The notes under the pieces are model-generated. The model ran no database searches and had not been told where the DNA came from. It saw only the letters and a program-made list of their open reading frames with translations. Both the position numbers and the translations under genes were made by a program. From Macrostomum hystrix (lineage: Eukaryota; Animalia; Platyhelminthes), in NCBI GenBank assembly GCA_950097015.1, contig CATNEN010000034.1, positions 2,666,001-2,730,000 of the forward strand: DNA of 64,000 nucleotides, given 5' to 3'. This document shows, one piece after another, positions 23,072 through 42,819 of the stretch (positions are counted from its first letter, which is position 1; each line of letters begins with the position of its first letter).

Positions 23072-26000
23072 TCAGGACAGCACAAATGGCGCAGGTGCTC
23101 GATGCACCTGCTGACTAGACAGCGATCGCCTGGGCCGCCCGAAAGCCGAACCAGAAGCCGAAGCAAAAGTCGAAGCCTGTTGCACCATTCCGCCTGAGCG
23201 CTGCCCGCCGGATCCCGCCGGTTCGGGCCGAGCGGAGGTCGAAGATGACGGCGACGGTCGGCCGCTGGCGTCAATTAGGCCGAGGCAGAGGGCGCGGTCG
23301 CGGGTCAGCCTACCAGCCGGCTGGCCCATGCCGTGAGCCGACAGCAGACTGCGCAACTCGAAGTAGTATCTGGGTGTGGAAGGCGAATGTTGGGGTGGAG
23401 TAGAGTTCAGTAGACTAGATAGAGTACGGGTGGAGTAGAGGTTGAGTTAGAGTTAGAGTTGACTAGATTATGTCAGTAGTTAGGTGGAGTACAGTTGAGT
23501 GGGGTAGAGTAGGGTGGAGTAGAGTTGGGTGGGGTAGAGTAGGGTGGAGTAGAGTTGGGGGGTAGAGTTGGGTGGGGTAAAGTTGGGTGGGTTAGAGTTA
23601 GATGGGGTAGAGTTGTGTGGAGTAGCATTGGGTGGGGTCGAGTTTGGTGGGGTAGAGTTGGGTAGCGTAGAGTTGGGTGGGGTAGAGTTGGGTTGGGTAG
23701 ATTTGGGTTGGGTAGAGTTGGGTTGGGTATATTTGGGTGGGGTAGAGTTGGGTTGGGTAGAGTTGGGTTGGGTAGAGTTGGGTTGGGTAGAGTTGGGTGG
23801 GGTAGAGTTGGGTGGGGTAGAGTTGGGTGGGGTAGAGTTGGGTGGGGTAGAGTAGGGTGGGGTAGAGTTGGGTTGGGTAGAGTTGGGTTGGGTATATTTG
23901 GGTGGGGTAGAGTTGGGTGGGGTAGAGTTGGGTGGGGTAGAGTTGGGTGGGGTAGAGTAGGGTGGGGTAGAGTTGGGTTGGGTATATTTGGGTGGGGTAG
24001 AGTTGGGTGGGGTAGAGTTGGGTGGGGTAGAGTTGGGCTGGGTAGAGTTGGGTTGGGTAGAGTTGGGTTGGGTAGAGTTGGGTTGGGTATATTTGGGTGG
24101 GGTAGATTTGGGTGGGGTAGAGTTGGGTTGGGTAGAGTTGGGCTGGGTAGAGTTGGGTTGGGTAGAGTTGGGTTGGGTAGAGTTGGGTTGGGTATATTTG
24201 GGTGGGGTAGAGTTGGGTGGGGTAGAGTTGGGTGGGGTAGAGTTGGGTGGGGTAGAGTAGGGTGGGGTAGAGTTGGGTTGGGTAGAGTTGGGTTGGGTAT
24301 ATTTGGGTGGGGTAGAGTTGGGTGGGGTAGAGTTGGGTGGAGTAGAGTTGGGTGGGGTAGAGTTGGGTGGGGTAGAGTAGGGTGGGGTAGAGTTGGGTTG
24401 GGTACAGTTGGGTTGGGTATATTTGGGTGGGGTAGAGTTGGGTGGGGTAGAGTTGGGTGGGGTAGAGTTGGGTGGGGTAGAGTTGGGTTGGGTAGAGTTG
24501 GGTGGGGTAGAGTTGAGTTGGGTAGATTTGGGTGGGGTAGAGTTGGGTTGGGTAGATTTGGGTGGGGTAGAGTTGGGTATAGCAAACAAAATCAGACAGG
24601 TGCAACAGGCTACAGCTCACCTTGCATAGACAGGCGCGGGCACGTTAATATTAAACTGGATGAGTTCCAGGTACTTTCGTTCCAGTTCGTTCATATCTTC
24701 GATTCTGGCGTCCTTCAGTATCTGGCAATAGTCGACATTCCACACTGCCTGGTCGTCCCAGACTTTACTAGCGAGCAGAACCGAGCCCAATAGACAGCGA
24801 CGCCAGTTGCCCGGATACAAGTCAATCTCGGCCGCAGCCAATAGGCGCTCGAGGTAGACCAGCGAGACGACAGCGCATTCCGCGGTTAATTGGGCGGCGC
24901 AGAATAGAGTGCGAACGAATCTGATTTAAAATAGGTGATTTTGTGGCGGTTGGAAACGGAAACTACAGCAAAATTCAATAAAGTACCGATTAAAAATAGA
25001 ATAGTTAAAAGCTTGACAACAGAAAACGTTTTTTTCAGTAAGGTTAATTAGCTAATTTTGCTGAGTGACCAGGTTTCAGAGGTCGAGAGTCACCCCAGCT
25101 AGTACTGAGTACCCATTTAACAGCTGGATGAACAGAACCAACGCAGTGTTAAGAGTCTTGTTAGAGAAAACAAATTATTTTAGTCGAGATTCAGGAATCG
25201 AACCCCAGACCTTAAAGTTAGGTGTCAAGGGTCTTGCTAAAAACACAATTTTTTCTAGTCGAGAGTCGGGAATCGAATCCCGGACCTTCAAGCTAAGCGT
25301 AAAGTGTCTTGAATCTTAAGCCCGACGCCATAACTACAAGGCTGCGCGAATTATGTTAATTCACAGTCGAAAAGGAAAATAATGTTTATTAATTTAAAAT
25401 GGAACAGCTTTACTCACCTGTACACAGCGCGATGATCCGGTTCTTTGGCAGCGGCTTCGGCCGCCTCCGGGCCGGCCTGCAGCGGGTGCAGCAGCTCGTC
25501 GAAGATCTCGAGGTAGCGGCCGCGCTGGGGCCTGGCCGAGCGCCGGTGCCGGACGTGGAAGAACACGGCCAGGGCCAGGCCGCGCACAGCCGGTTTCAAC
25601 GCCGGCTGCCACAGGGTGGAATCGTCCGACACCAGATGCGACGTTGAACTAGACGCTCGCGACGGCATCGCCAAAGCTGTTGGCATTGTGGTCCCCGTCG
25701 CCGATCGTCTAGCGGCGCAGAGCTGACGCAGGCCGCGAAGGAACAGCGGTCTAACCGACGCGTTCGTGCTGGGATCTCGCGTGTCCTCGGCTGGCTCCCG
25801 GTCGTTGATGTGCTCGATGGCGATCATTGACGCCTGCGAGATGCGAAACTACAGATTAGAGACTGTCTACTAAAAGTAGCGAGACTGGAATGCTAAGAAA
25901 TTACACCCGAGTCAAGTTGGGCCGCAGCTAAAAAGCTGTGTACCACTGCTCAGTCCATGGACACTCAAATTTCAACCGTAGCTAATGCTGGTTCCCATTT

Positions 26001-26657
26001 TACACCGGAACTGAAATTTGGTAGCTTTGAATCTTTGGTAGATTCTCGATGTCACAGACAGACCGAGGCTACATTAATTCGGGGCGCAGCCGCGGAGAGA
26101 AGGCTTGGGGGCTTGTTGTGCAATTTACGCCCTTGAGGGCCAATCTAAAACGCACAGTGAAATTGTACACTGCCTGACGATGAGAAAGTCAGGGCAGATG
26201 TACACACCTGTGTGAGTGTGTGCGTGCGTGCTCAGGAGTCAACGAAATGAGCATAATTGCTACCTCGCTGACTGCGGGTCTAGTGCCACCCAATTGTGTG
26301 CCATTGCCCGCAGCCTTACTGCAAAATATCATTATTGCTAATACTATATGACACCCAGATAGGATTCCTCACCTGCTGGTGCTGCGGTGCAGCCATGAGT
26401 GCGGGTGACTGCAGGGTCATCATCAGGCTGTTGCTAGAATCGTACGGGCCTCCAGTTGGCGGCCATTTGCCATTCCCAGTGAGCATCTGCTGCTGATGCT
26501 GGCGCAGGTACTGCAGCTGCTGCTGATGCTGCAGGTGCTGCTGGTGCAGCGGCAGCTGGGGATGCAGGTAGCGATCGCACGGCGCCGCTGAATCGGACGT
26601 CGAGTGACGCCGTCGACTCGGCCTCAATTGGCAGCAGGAGGACAGGCTGTTACCCAT
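23072..26657 (-). CDS. CCNY: Cyclin Y
   Basis: Exons 26373-26657, 25418-25848 (or -25833), 24621-24920 and 23072-23369, all in phase. N-terminal MGNSLSSCC (myristoylation-type), [83 protein letters not shown] are diagnostic. Confidence 0.96.
23400..24580. repeat. 15-bp G-rich minisatellite (~75 copies) in CCNY intron 3
   Basis: gggtagagttgggtg. Confidence 0.96.
25085..25342 (-). mobile_element. SINE family B copy with duplicated B-box segment (CCNY intron 2)
   Basis: Reverse complement gives gggattcgattccc and ggggttcgattcc, then ...cagctgttaaatgggtactc. Confidence 0.65.
25905..26005 (-). mobile_element. SINE family B 3' fragment (CCNY intron 1)
   Basis: ctcagtccatggac and gctaatgctggttcccatttt match family B body and tail. 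Confidence 0.5.
26081..26345 (+). mobile_element. SINE family A, 5'-truncated (CCNY intron 1)
   Basis: gcagccgcggagagaaggcttgggggcttgt...tgtacactgcctgacgatgagaaagtcagggcagatgtaca...gctcaggagtca. Confidence 0.85.
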
Positions 26658-26949
26658 TTGAGGATCAAAGGATTAGGGAAGTGGAGGGAGAATACGAGGG
26701 CCGCCGATGGTACTAGTAATCAAGAGGATTGCACCGTGATCACGGCGTCGCCAATGCTGGCGGCTGAAGGCGGCGGCGGCGGCGGCGTCTGTAGCGGCAG
26801 CTGGAAAGCGGAGATGCTTCGATATTCATTGCGCTGTCGAATATAATGTGAAGCTAGTCCTGATTTAGTGAAAAGAGATGCGCTCGATAAAATAGGATAG
26901 GTGAAGCGTGTGGGGGAGTGAGAAGAAAAGCATCGGAGGGGTATTAGAG

Positions 26950-28955
26950 TGACTGATGGGGATTAGAAGAGTGACAGATGGGGTTAGAAGAGTGACAGAT
27001 GATGTTAGAAGAGTGACTGATGGGGGTTAGAAGAGTGACAGATGGGGTTAGAAGAGTGACAGATGATGTTAGAAGAGTGACATGATGTTAGACGAGTAGC
27101 TGATGGGGGTTAGAAGAGTGACAGATAATGTTAGAAGAGTGACTGATGGGGGTTAGAAGAGTGACAGATGGTGTTAGAAGAGTGACAGATGATGTTAGAA
27201 GAGTGACATGATGTTAGAAGAGTGACTGATGGGGGTTAGAAGAGTGACAGATGGGGTTAGAAGAGGGACAGATGGGGTTAGAAGAGTGACTGATGGGGGT
27301 TAGAAGAGTGACAGATGGGGTTAGAAGAGTGACAGATGGGGTTAGAAGAGTGACAGATGGGGTTAGAAGAGTGACAGATGGGGTTAGAAGAGTGACTGAT
27401 GGGGTTAGAAGAGTGACAGATGATGTTAGAAGAGTGACAGATGGGGTTAGAAGAGTGACAGATGGGGTTAGAAGAGTGACTGATGGGGTTAGAAGAGTGA
27501 CAGATGATGTTAGAAGAGTGACAGATGGGGTTAGAAGAGTGACAGATGGGGTTAGAAGAGTGACAGATGGGGTTAGAAGAGTGACAGATGATGTTAGAAG
27601 AGTGACAGATGGGGTTAGAAGAGTGACAGATGGGGTTAGAAGAGTGACTGATGGGGTTAGAAGAGTGACAGATGGGGTTAGAAGAGTGACAGATGGGGTT
27701 AGAAGAGTGACAGATGGGTTTAGAAGAGTGACTGATGGGGTTAGAAGAGTGACAGATGATGTTAGAAGAGTGACAGATGGGTTTAGAAGAGTGACAGATG
27801 ATGTTAGAAGAGTGACTGATGGGGTTAGAAGAGTGACTGATGGGGTTAGAAGAGTGACAGATGGGGTTAGAAGAGTGACAGATGGGGTTAGAAGGGGTTA
27901 GAAGAGTGACAGATGGGGTTAGAAGAGTGACAGATGGGGTTAGAAGAGTGACAGATGGGGTTAGAAGAGTGACAGATGGGGTTAGAAGAGTGACAGATGG
28001 GGTTAGAAGAGTGACAGATGGGGTTAGAAGAGTGACAGATGGGGTTAGAAGAGTGACTGATGGGGTTAGAAGAGTGACAGATGGGGTTAGAAGAGGGACA
28101 GATGGGGTTAGAAGAGTGACTGATGGGGTTAGAAGAGTGACAGATGATGTTAGAAGAGTGACAGATGGGGTTAGAAGAGTGACAGATGGGGTTAGAAGAG
28201 TGACAGATGATGTTAGAAGAGTGACTGATGGGTTTAGAAGAGTGACTGATGGGGTTAGAAGAGTGACTGATGGGGTTAGAAAGTGACAGATGGGGTTAGA
28301 AGAGTGACAGATGGGGTTAGAAGAGTGACTGATGGGGTTAGAAGAGTGACAGATGGGGTTAGAAGAGTGACTGATGGGGTTAGAAGAGTGACAGATGATG
28401 TTAGAAGAGTGACTGATGGGGGTTAGAAGAGTGACAGATGATGTTAGAAGAGTGACAGATGGGGTTAGAAGAGTGACTGATGGGGTTAGAAGAGTGACAG
28501 ATGGGGTTAGAAGAGGGACAGATGGGGTTAGAAGAGTGACTGATGGGGTTAGAAGAGTGACAGATGATGTTAGAAGAGTGACAGATGGGGTTAGAAGAGT
28601 GACAGATGGGGTTAGAAGAGTGACAGATGATGTTAGAAGAGTGACTGATGGGTTTAGAAGAGTGACTGATGGGGTTAGAAGAGTGACTGATGGGGTTAGA
28701 AGAGTGACAGATGGGGTTAGAAGAGTGACAGATGGGGTTAGAAGAGTGACTGATGGGGTTAGAAGAGTGACAGATGGGGTTAGAAGAGTGACTGATGGGG
28801 TTAGAAGAGTGACAGATGATGTTAGAAGAGTGACTGATGGGGGTTAGAAGAGTGACAGATGATGTTAGAAGAGTGACTGATGGGGGTTAGAAGAGTGACA
28901 GATGATGTTAGAAGAGTGACTGATGGGGTTAGAAGAGTGACAGATGGGGTTAGAA
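26950..28955. repeat. 21-bp minisatellite (~95 copies) upstream of CCNY
   Basis: gatggggttagaagagtgaca. Confidence 0.97.
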
Positions 28956-29734
28956 ACGGTTGTTTGAAAAGCAAAGGAGTTTCCTTTAATATAGATTCTG
29001 TGTTGTATATAAACAAGTTAGTAAGAATTTATTTTAAAGCATATGAAAATAATGCCATGATGTCACACTGAATTAGGTCATCTGGAATAAACACATTTAT
29101 TTTTCAGTCTTAAGTGAGTAACTTACATATGTTTTATGGTTAGACTTGGTCAAAATAAATGGCTAGGATATAACAAAACGAATGGAATATAAAAACTTGT
29201 TCAAGACTTGACAAAAGGAATCAGGAAAAATATTTTGCTGAATAATCTTGACATTTATTTGAATCAAAATACTATTTTTTCTATACATATCGGTTTCCAG
29301 AAAGTTTAGCGTAAACTGAAAGCATAAAAAATAAGTCCAATCACGTTGATTAGTAAACCAAATCTTCACAAGAAAGTTTCTTGCCAAGTAGCTTGAAACA
29401 ATAATTTATATTGCAAATAGGCTTTTCGATACATGTAGGCAGAATCCACAACTTGCCAAATTTAGGCCATGGCAACAACTACGGGAATTAAACTGTACAT
29501 GTAAGTGTACATAATAAATTTTAAAATATCCAAATAGGCTTAATGTTAAAAATTGACTGACAGATCAAGCTAAACAATATGACGAAATGGTTTGTTCCGA
29601 AATTTATTTTTATATGCGTGGCGATATGAAATTGTCAAATTTGCCAGTTATCTAAATTTGGAGATCATCTAAATAGCTCGGATACTTTTGGTAGTTTTAT
29701 TTATATATTGTAATCACCTTCACTAAGAAAGTGG

Positions 29735-30200
29735 AAGATTTCATTCGGAAAGTGGACGATTTCATTCAGAAAGTCGACGATTTCATTCAGAAAGTCGACG
29801 ATTTCATTAGGAAAGTCGACGATTTCATTCTGAAAGTCGACGATTTCATTCTGAAAGTTGACGATTTCATTCTGAAAGTCGACGATTTCATTCTGAAAGT
29901 CGACGATTTCATTCGGAAAGTCGACGATTTCATTCTGAAAGTCAATGATTTCATTCAGAAAGTCGACGATTTCATTCGGAAAGTCGACGATTTCATTCTG
30001 AAAGTCAATGATTTCATTCAGAAATTCGACGATTTCATTCGGAAAGTCGATGATTTCATTCAGAAATTCGACGATTTCATTCGGAAAGTCGATGATTTCA
30101 TTCAGAAATTCGACGATTTCATTCAGAAATTCGACCATTTCATTCAGAAATTCGACGATTTCATTCGGAAAGTCGACGATTTCATTCTGAAAGTCGACGA
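29735..30200. repeat. 21-bp minisatellite (~22 copies)
   Basis: gtcgacgatttcattcagaaa. Confidence 0.95.
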
Positions 30201-30390
30201 TTCAGTTTGAAAAGACAGGGGTGCCAGTGGTACGAGCGTATACTTAAATTAGAAAATTACGGTGTCTCAAATGTACCGTTTTTTAATTCTGCCAAAGGCC
30301 TTTACAGTAAATAGAATTGACAATATATAAGTTATTTATAGACAATGAACAAGCGTAAATTAATTGAAATCTGTCCGGCAGTCGGCGGCA

Positions 30391-36452
<6,062 letters not shown>

Positions 36453-37344
36453 TGCCGTTGCTGAGGGATATTTATAAAACATTTCTAAACATGTTTTATC
36501 ATATGTTGCACAGATGAAGATAATTGTAGTAGAAAAAAACATAGGAAAAGAACCAAATGTGGACTATATAATTTTTATATTTCTTAATAATACTATTGTG
36601 ATAGTGTTTGTTTATTGTAGCCGTATAATTCTTGTAAATTCTTTCTTTCTAGCCTTTTTATTATAACAATACAGTTATATTTTTCTTTACTAGAGTAGGC
36701 TGCTTTATAATATTTACTTATTATTTATAATATAATTCTACTAACATTACTTTTCTTCCAAACCAGACTTGCATTTTTCAGCAATAGTAATTAAACAATA
36801 ATTTTCCATTTTCTGATAGTACTTTACCCTACCCTTTACCCTAATCAGGACTAAAAATTTGGATAGTAACAAGATTTGCCTATGGCCATGTTAAGCTATG
36901 CCTTACATGTGCAATACCTTATACCATTGTCACCTAATGTAACAATAAGTAATTAAATTATGCTGTCAAGTATTATAGATCACATAATAAAACACTGTAT
37001 CACAGGTATGCCAAGTAGACTATAAAAATATAACAAAAAACATATTGGAATTTTGTAATAGTCAACTTTTGTGTACTATAAGATTTGACAATCCTCTTGT
37101 TTTGCATGTTTAATCACTTTATGAAAGATAACAACATTCTTAGCTACTACAGGTAAAGTTGTAGGTGAAGGTAGCTGCTATTTTAGTTCTTGACGTTGTG
37201 AAGTTTCGACCTTGTGAAAATTCGAGCTTGTGAAGTCTCTTGCTAAAACTTTCGACGTTGTGAAATTTCGAGCTTATGGAGTTTCGACTGTATGAAAAAA
37301 TTGCTTTTCGGTGTTGTGAAATTTGGAGCTTGTGATAGCACCCC

Positions 37345-38288
37345 GACTACTATGCCATCTGAGTAGACTACTATGCCATCTGAGTAGACTACTATGCCAT
37401 CTGAGTAGACTACTATGCCATCTGAGTAGACTACTATGCCATCTGAGTAGACTACTAAGCCATCTGAGTAGACTACTATGCCATCTGAGTAGACTACTAT
37501 GCCATCTGAGTAGACTACTATGCCATCTGAGTAGACTACTAAGCCATCTGAGTAGCCTACTATGCCATCTGAGTAGACTACTAAGCCATCTGAGTAGACT
37601 ACTATGCCATCTGAGTAGACTACTATGCCATCTGAGTAGACTACTATGCCATCTGAGTAGACTACTATGCCATCTGAGTAGACTACTAAGCCATCTGAGT
37701 AGACTACTATGCCATCTGAGTAGACTACTAAGCCATCTGAGTAGACTACTATACCATCTGAGTAGACTACTATGCCATCTGAGTAGACTACTAAGCCATC
37801 TGAGTAGACTACTATGCCATCTGAGTAGACTACTAAGCCATCTGAGTAGACTACTAAGCCATCTGAGTAGACTACTAAGCCATCTGAGTAGACTACTATG
37901 CCATCTGAGTAGACTACTATGCCATCTGAGTAGACTACTATGCCATCTGAGTAGACTACTAAGCCATCTGAGTAGACTACTATGCCATCTGAGTAGACTA
38001 CTATGTAATCTGAGTAGACTACTATGACATCTGAGTAGACTACTATGCCATCTGAGTAGACTACTAAGCCATCTGAGTAGACTACTATGCCATCTGAGTA
38101 GACTACTAAGCCATCTGAGTAGACTACTAAGCCATCTGAGTAGACTACTAAGCCATCTGAGTAGACTACTATGCCATCTGAGTAGACTACTATGCCATCT
38201 GAGTAGACTACTATGCCATCTGAGTAGACTACTATGCCATCTGAGTAGACTACTATGCCATCTGAGTAGACTACTATGACATCTGAGT
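37345..38288. repeat. 21-bp minisatellite (~45 copies)
   Basis: ctactatgccatctgagtaga. Confidence 0.97.
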
Positions 38289-38694
38289 GGCTTGTTGGTG
38301 TTTGGTTGTTAGCTAGTATATATATTTTACAGTAGCTAAAAACCAAAGCTAGCTAGTTACTGTATATATTTTCTACTATGAAGAAGAAATTGAAACTGCC
38401 ATTATGCTAAGTGCTCTATAGTTCACTTGTTGTATCTTTACAGAGTATATTTACATAAAAGAATATCACATGTTTCTTTATACTTAGAATTGCTGCTCTA
38501 GCCTATTGGTAGATAATGAAGTGACTAATCTTTTGTAGGGCCTTTAAGTTAGTATACACTTGTATTATGAACTGACAAAGGACAATAAGAGTTTTGGCAA
38601 AATGTCATTTAAATTTTTTTTTATAAATAAAGTGACTAGGATCCATAAAATCTATTTAAACTAAATACATGAACTAGAGCATTGTCCTAGATTT

Positions 38695-39560
38695 TATAAG
38701 GGTAAGCCAAAAGTTTCCAGAATTTTTTTCAGCTAGATCTTCATACAACTTTTGTTTGTGGTAAACCTCAAGTGGTAGTCATCCACTAGTATGCTTGCAT
38801 GCATGCTTCTTTCTCTTTTACTCAGAATCAGCACATCTCTTCAGCTCTGTTTAAATAGCCACTATAGTAATAATTGAGCAATTCTGCTCAACTACTTTAA
38901 TGCTGGAAGAAATTCAGCCAAGGCACAATGCAAGCTGTCAAGGCTGATGGGTCATCATGCCCCCTCTAAGTCTACGGTGTATGAATGGTTCTCTTGCTTT
39001 GCAGAGGAGGACTGGAACCTAGCCGACAAACCAAGGTCAGGTCGGCCCCCCACTGCCAATCAAAGGTGCCGTTCTCCATGCCCTAGAGGACAACCTGGAG
39101 TACAGTGTGCGCAAGTTGTCAGCCACAACTGGAGTGCCCTACAGCACAGTTTGATGGAGCCTGCATGATGCAGGCAAGGTTCCAAAGAAGCCGACTCTGG
39201 TACTCCATGAGCTGACCCCCCAGCAGATGGGCATTCGGGTTGAGATGGCAACTTTGAACCTACTCCAGGCTCACTCGCCATATTTCCTAAAGCCCATCAT
39301 TGCGCAGGATGAGAAATGGGTCTCATATGAACATCCTATTGCATTGGCAGTCTAGGTCAATGCTGATTAAGAGCCATCAATCTGCTCCAGGCAAGACCCC
39401 ACTGTGGGAAAGAGCTCTTGTCCTTCTGGTTCTGCTCATTGGGCCCCATCTTCTGGGAGCTCATCCCGCATGGTGTGGTTGTCACTGCTGCTGTCATCTG
39501 CAAAGGACTGGAGCAATTTGCCCACTGGCTGCAATCAAAACTTTCAAAAATTGTATAGCT
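38695..39560 (+). mobile_element. Decayed mariner (Tc1/mariner) transposase remnant
   Basis: HTH segment APSKSTVYEWFSCF...LADKPRSGRP; in another frame LVLHELT (WVPHEL motif) and IIAQDEKWVSY (first catalytic D, GDEKW motif); frameshifts and stops. Left TIR-like ataagggtaagccaaaagtttccagaat at ~38695. Confidence 0.85.
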
Positions 39561-42500
39561 TCAAACAAAATCCAAACAAACATTCAAACAAATTTCAGCA
39601 CTTTTTAAAATATATATTTCTTCATGAGCTTCTAAGAGCCCAATTGTCTCAAAAAATATTGGACAATAGTTTTGTTTCAATATAAAATATATGAGTGCCT
39701 TGAACAAGAGCAAAATTTGAACTAAAAAAGGAATGCTTTTGGTCTCGCCTTGCTAACCAAGAAGAAAATTTAAACTCTTATTTAGAACCAACTTTTACAA
39801 GAATACTCAGGTTAACTTTTGTTTAAATGCCATAGAATTTACATTGACCAATGGGACAGACTACCATATGAATAGCCACTATCTAGAAATTTATAATAAA
39901 AATTCTTAATGTACATTGGTGTGCAAAAGCACTTTTTGGCATGTGTCAGTGTGCAAATGAAAATTTTCCCTTCTTCATTCTGGCGTGCACCCAGCATGAT
40001 CCGGACTATGGTAGTATAAGTATAATGCCGGTGTATGACTAAAAGATCAGCTGATTTGTAAGTTATCTGAGTAATTTGAAAATATTTGTATATGTATACC
40101 TTTTTCTGTGCAAATAAAAGGAAAGGTCAACTTGCTGCTCAAATATATAACAGGCTGTCTATGATATCATTCTAATAGCAAGTTGCTTTCATACCACTGT
40201 ATGATCATGGTAGATACTTTAATTTTGTGGAAAATAAAAGTCATTGCAGACAAATTTGTTTCATAGCAAGCAACTTTGTTTTTTATTGTCCTTATGGCAA
40301 ACAAGTTTGAACAAAGCTTCTTTTAAAGACAAGTTAACAGCAGACAAAATAGTTGCAGATAAAAAGACCGGAAACCCTTAAGATGCATCATATTATTTGA
40401 ATAAATAATAATACAAAACAACAGCCATAATTAAAAAAATTAGAATTGAGAATATTGCAGATAACTGCAGAAAACAGCACTAGGCCCCTATCATCACACT
40501 CACAGGAGTTAAAGAAAAGACAAAAATATAGCCATAAGTAAATAACATTATAATGCCAATTTTTATTTTTAGCACTAGCTGTAGTATATAATCTCACAAT
40601 CTGTATTTTGATTAAAACTTCGAAGCTTAGACAGTGTTTACTTAGACGTTTAATTGGATTATGATTGAAAATATTAATAATCAATATCCATAAAAAGCCA
40701 TAATGAGCATTGAGCATGCTGCTGCATGATGAGTAGGAGAGGAGGAGGGGGCAAAGCTTTTCTGTACGATATGCTCATAGGTCACATGCCTAACAGTCCT
40801 AACTTGCTGATCTGATAACAATAAAAATATTATTCAATCCACCCATCGAATTGGATGGTCTACAGATATGGGAATGTAGCCTGGGAATTGAGTATAATTC
40901 CGGTAAAATCATACGCTTAAATTTGCGCGCGATTCTCTGAAATGAAAATATAAAACGAAGGTTTTTAATCGCAAAGCGTTATGTATAAACTGTATGCCAT
41001 TTAGCTAATAACTGCAAAGAAGTGCTGCTGCTTTGCGGTGAAGCACATTTTAGCATCAAAATACATCGGTGGTAATAATGTATGGTGCATAAACGAAAAA
41101 TGCCTCTACCAAACAATTTACTTTCTCGCATAAGAAAAGTTTTATAAATTAAATAGCTAAGAAAACTCTCCACTTCGATCCTTGCATTATGTCAAGCGGC
41201 GAGTTCGATTATCAGGAATATTCACTTTCCTTTTTATGTCGTTCATTCCATAGAGTTTGTTATTCGCATGCTCTGTGTGTAGATGGTAGAATCTGCTGCC
41301 TCAAAGGGCGTCTGATCGTAAGTAAGCACTCATATCTGCATCAAGGACTACTAAAGTAGAGCTAAAGCTAAGTACTTAGTGGTCCTTGATCAGCATGAGT
41401 ATACGATATTTGCATGATGTATATTTTCATAAATTATTCACAGATGTTGTGCTTAAAAAACATAATATGCATGAGAGTATTTTGGCCGTATTTTGAATAT
41501 CGAAATCTATAGGTCAGGTACGGAATAATACTATACGGCTTCATACAGAATGCGGAAAGTGATAACATGTTCTTGCATGATCTTTTAAGTACAGTAGCTT
41601 TTGAGTTTAATAAAAAGGCTAAAAAATTGCACCTACCATACGAAAAGTTGTCCGCAATATTAAGCGCTTCCTCGTCAATTGTAATATGTATTTTTTACAA
41701 GGCTACTTACAAAAGTAGTCCATTAAGCATGTGCATTATCAAATATTGCGCGACTGTGCATATCGACATGACATTGCGAACGGATTCGAAAAATAAATAT
41801 TCTATGAAACAGTTGTTCTGCAATAATACACCAGTTGCATCCATCGCTATTTTGCCCATTGGAGCATCCTGACGTGCTTTCGTGTAGCTGAAAATATGAG
41901 CAAAACAGTATTGGCTTAAATCTGTTACTATCCACCCAGAGAATTGAAGCAGATTTTGAACCAGTGGCGTCGTGTACCTATGCGCAGATTCAGTTATAGA
42001 AATTGCATTATTGACAGCTTTTTTCGGATCGTGTGAAAACTGAATTTAGGATTGAAAACGTTACTTTGGGCATCGCTGCGAACCCAACAGTTCCCATCGT
42101 GACATCGATAGGAAAATATAAATTAGACAAATGAACAAGCAAAGAGGAAGGCTGGAGGGTCTGTTTAAAAGGGAAAAGTGAATTAATAGCGCACACAGAT
42201 TTCAGCATGAAGCGAGCAAATAAGATGAAGAATGATATGATATACTGAAATGAAGACAAATATACTTGTAAATACGAATAAGTCTATAATGTGTGACAAA
42301 AATATGATTAGCTGGTAAATTTCTATATTTTGCTACGTTAATGAAACATGAATTGAGGAAGCAAGATTGCATGACATAATTAACGCCGGATTTTGATGCT
42401 AAACAAATAATAATTCGAAAAAATGCTTAGAGTATGGCATACTTCGAATTTTGTCATTCTAAAAATCTGACAAAGTGTCTTGATTTTAAAGGCTCGACGC

Positions 42501-42819
42501 GAGCATTGTGTCAAACTGTAATGCTTTTAGTCATAATTTCGACCGAATAATCCAAACAGCTGTTGTCATGTCCTTCAGCTGATTGCTTTAAGACCTTTTA
42601 GTTCTATTTTACACAGGGCGTGAAGCATACGAGTACTGCTATGAAAATGTGTTCATAATAAAAATTGTAGCCAATGGGAGAAAAACTTTGGTCCTAGGTA
42701 TAAATATTTGTCATAAAACTAATCTAAATACAAAAAGTTACACTATAGATTTTTTTCTATGAACTACGATACTAACCTATAAGAATAGGTTCATTTATTT
42801 TGTCACGTAAAACATAAAA

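Noticed and set aside
26170-26210. Hammerhead ribozyme (CTGACGA...GAAA) in SINE A
   Set aside because: Only 2-3 nt separate the two core words, so stem II cannot form; a simple hairpin explains the sequence.
40726-40815. C/D box snoRNA (ATGATGA ... CTGA)
   Set aside because: No terminal stem and no recognisable rRNA antisense element; the motifs are short enough to be chance.
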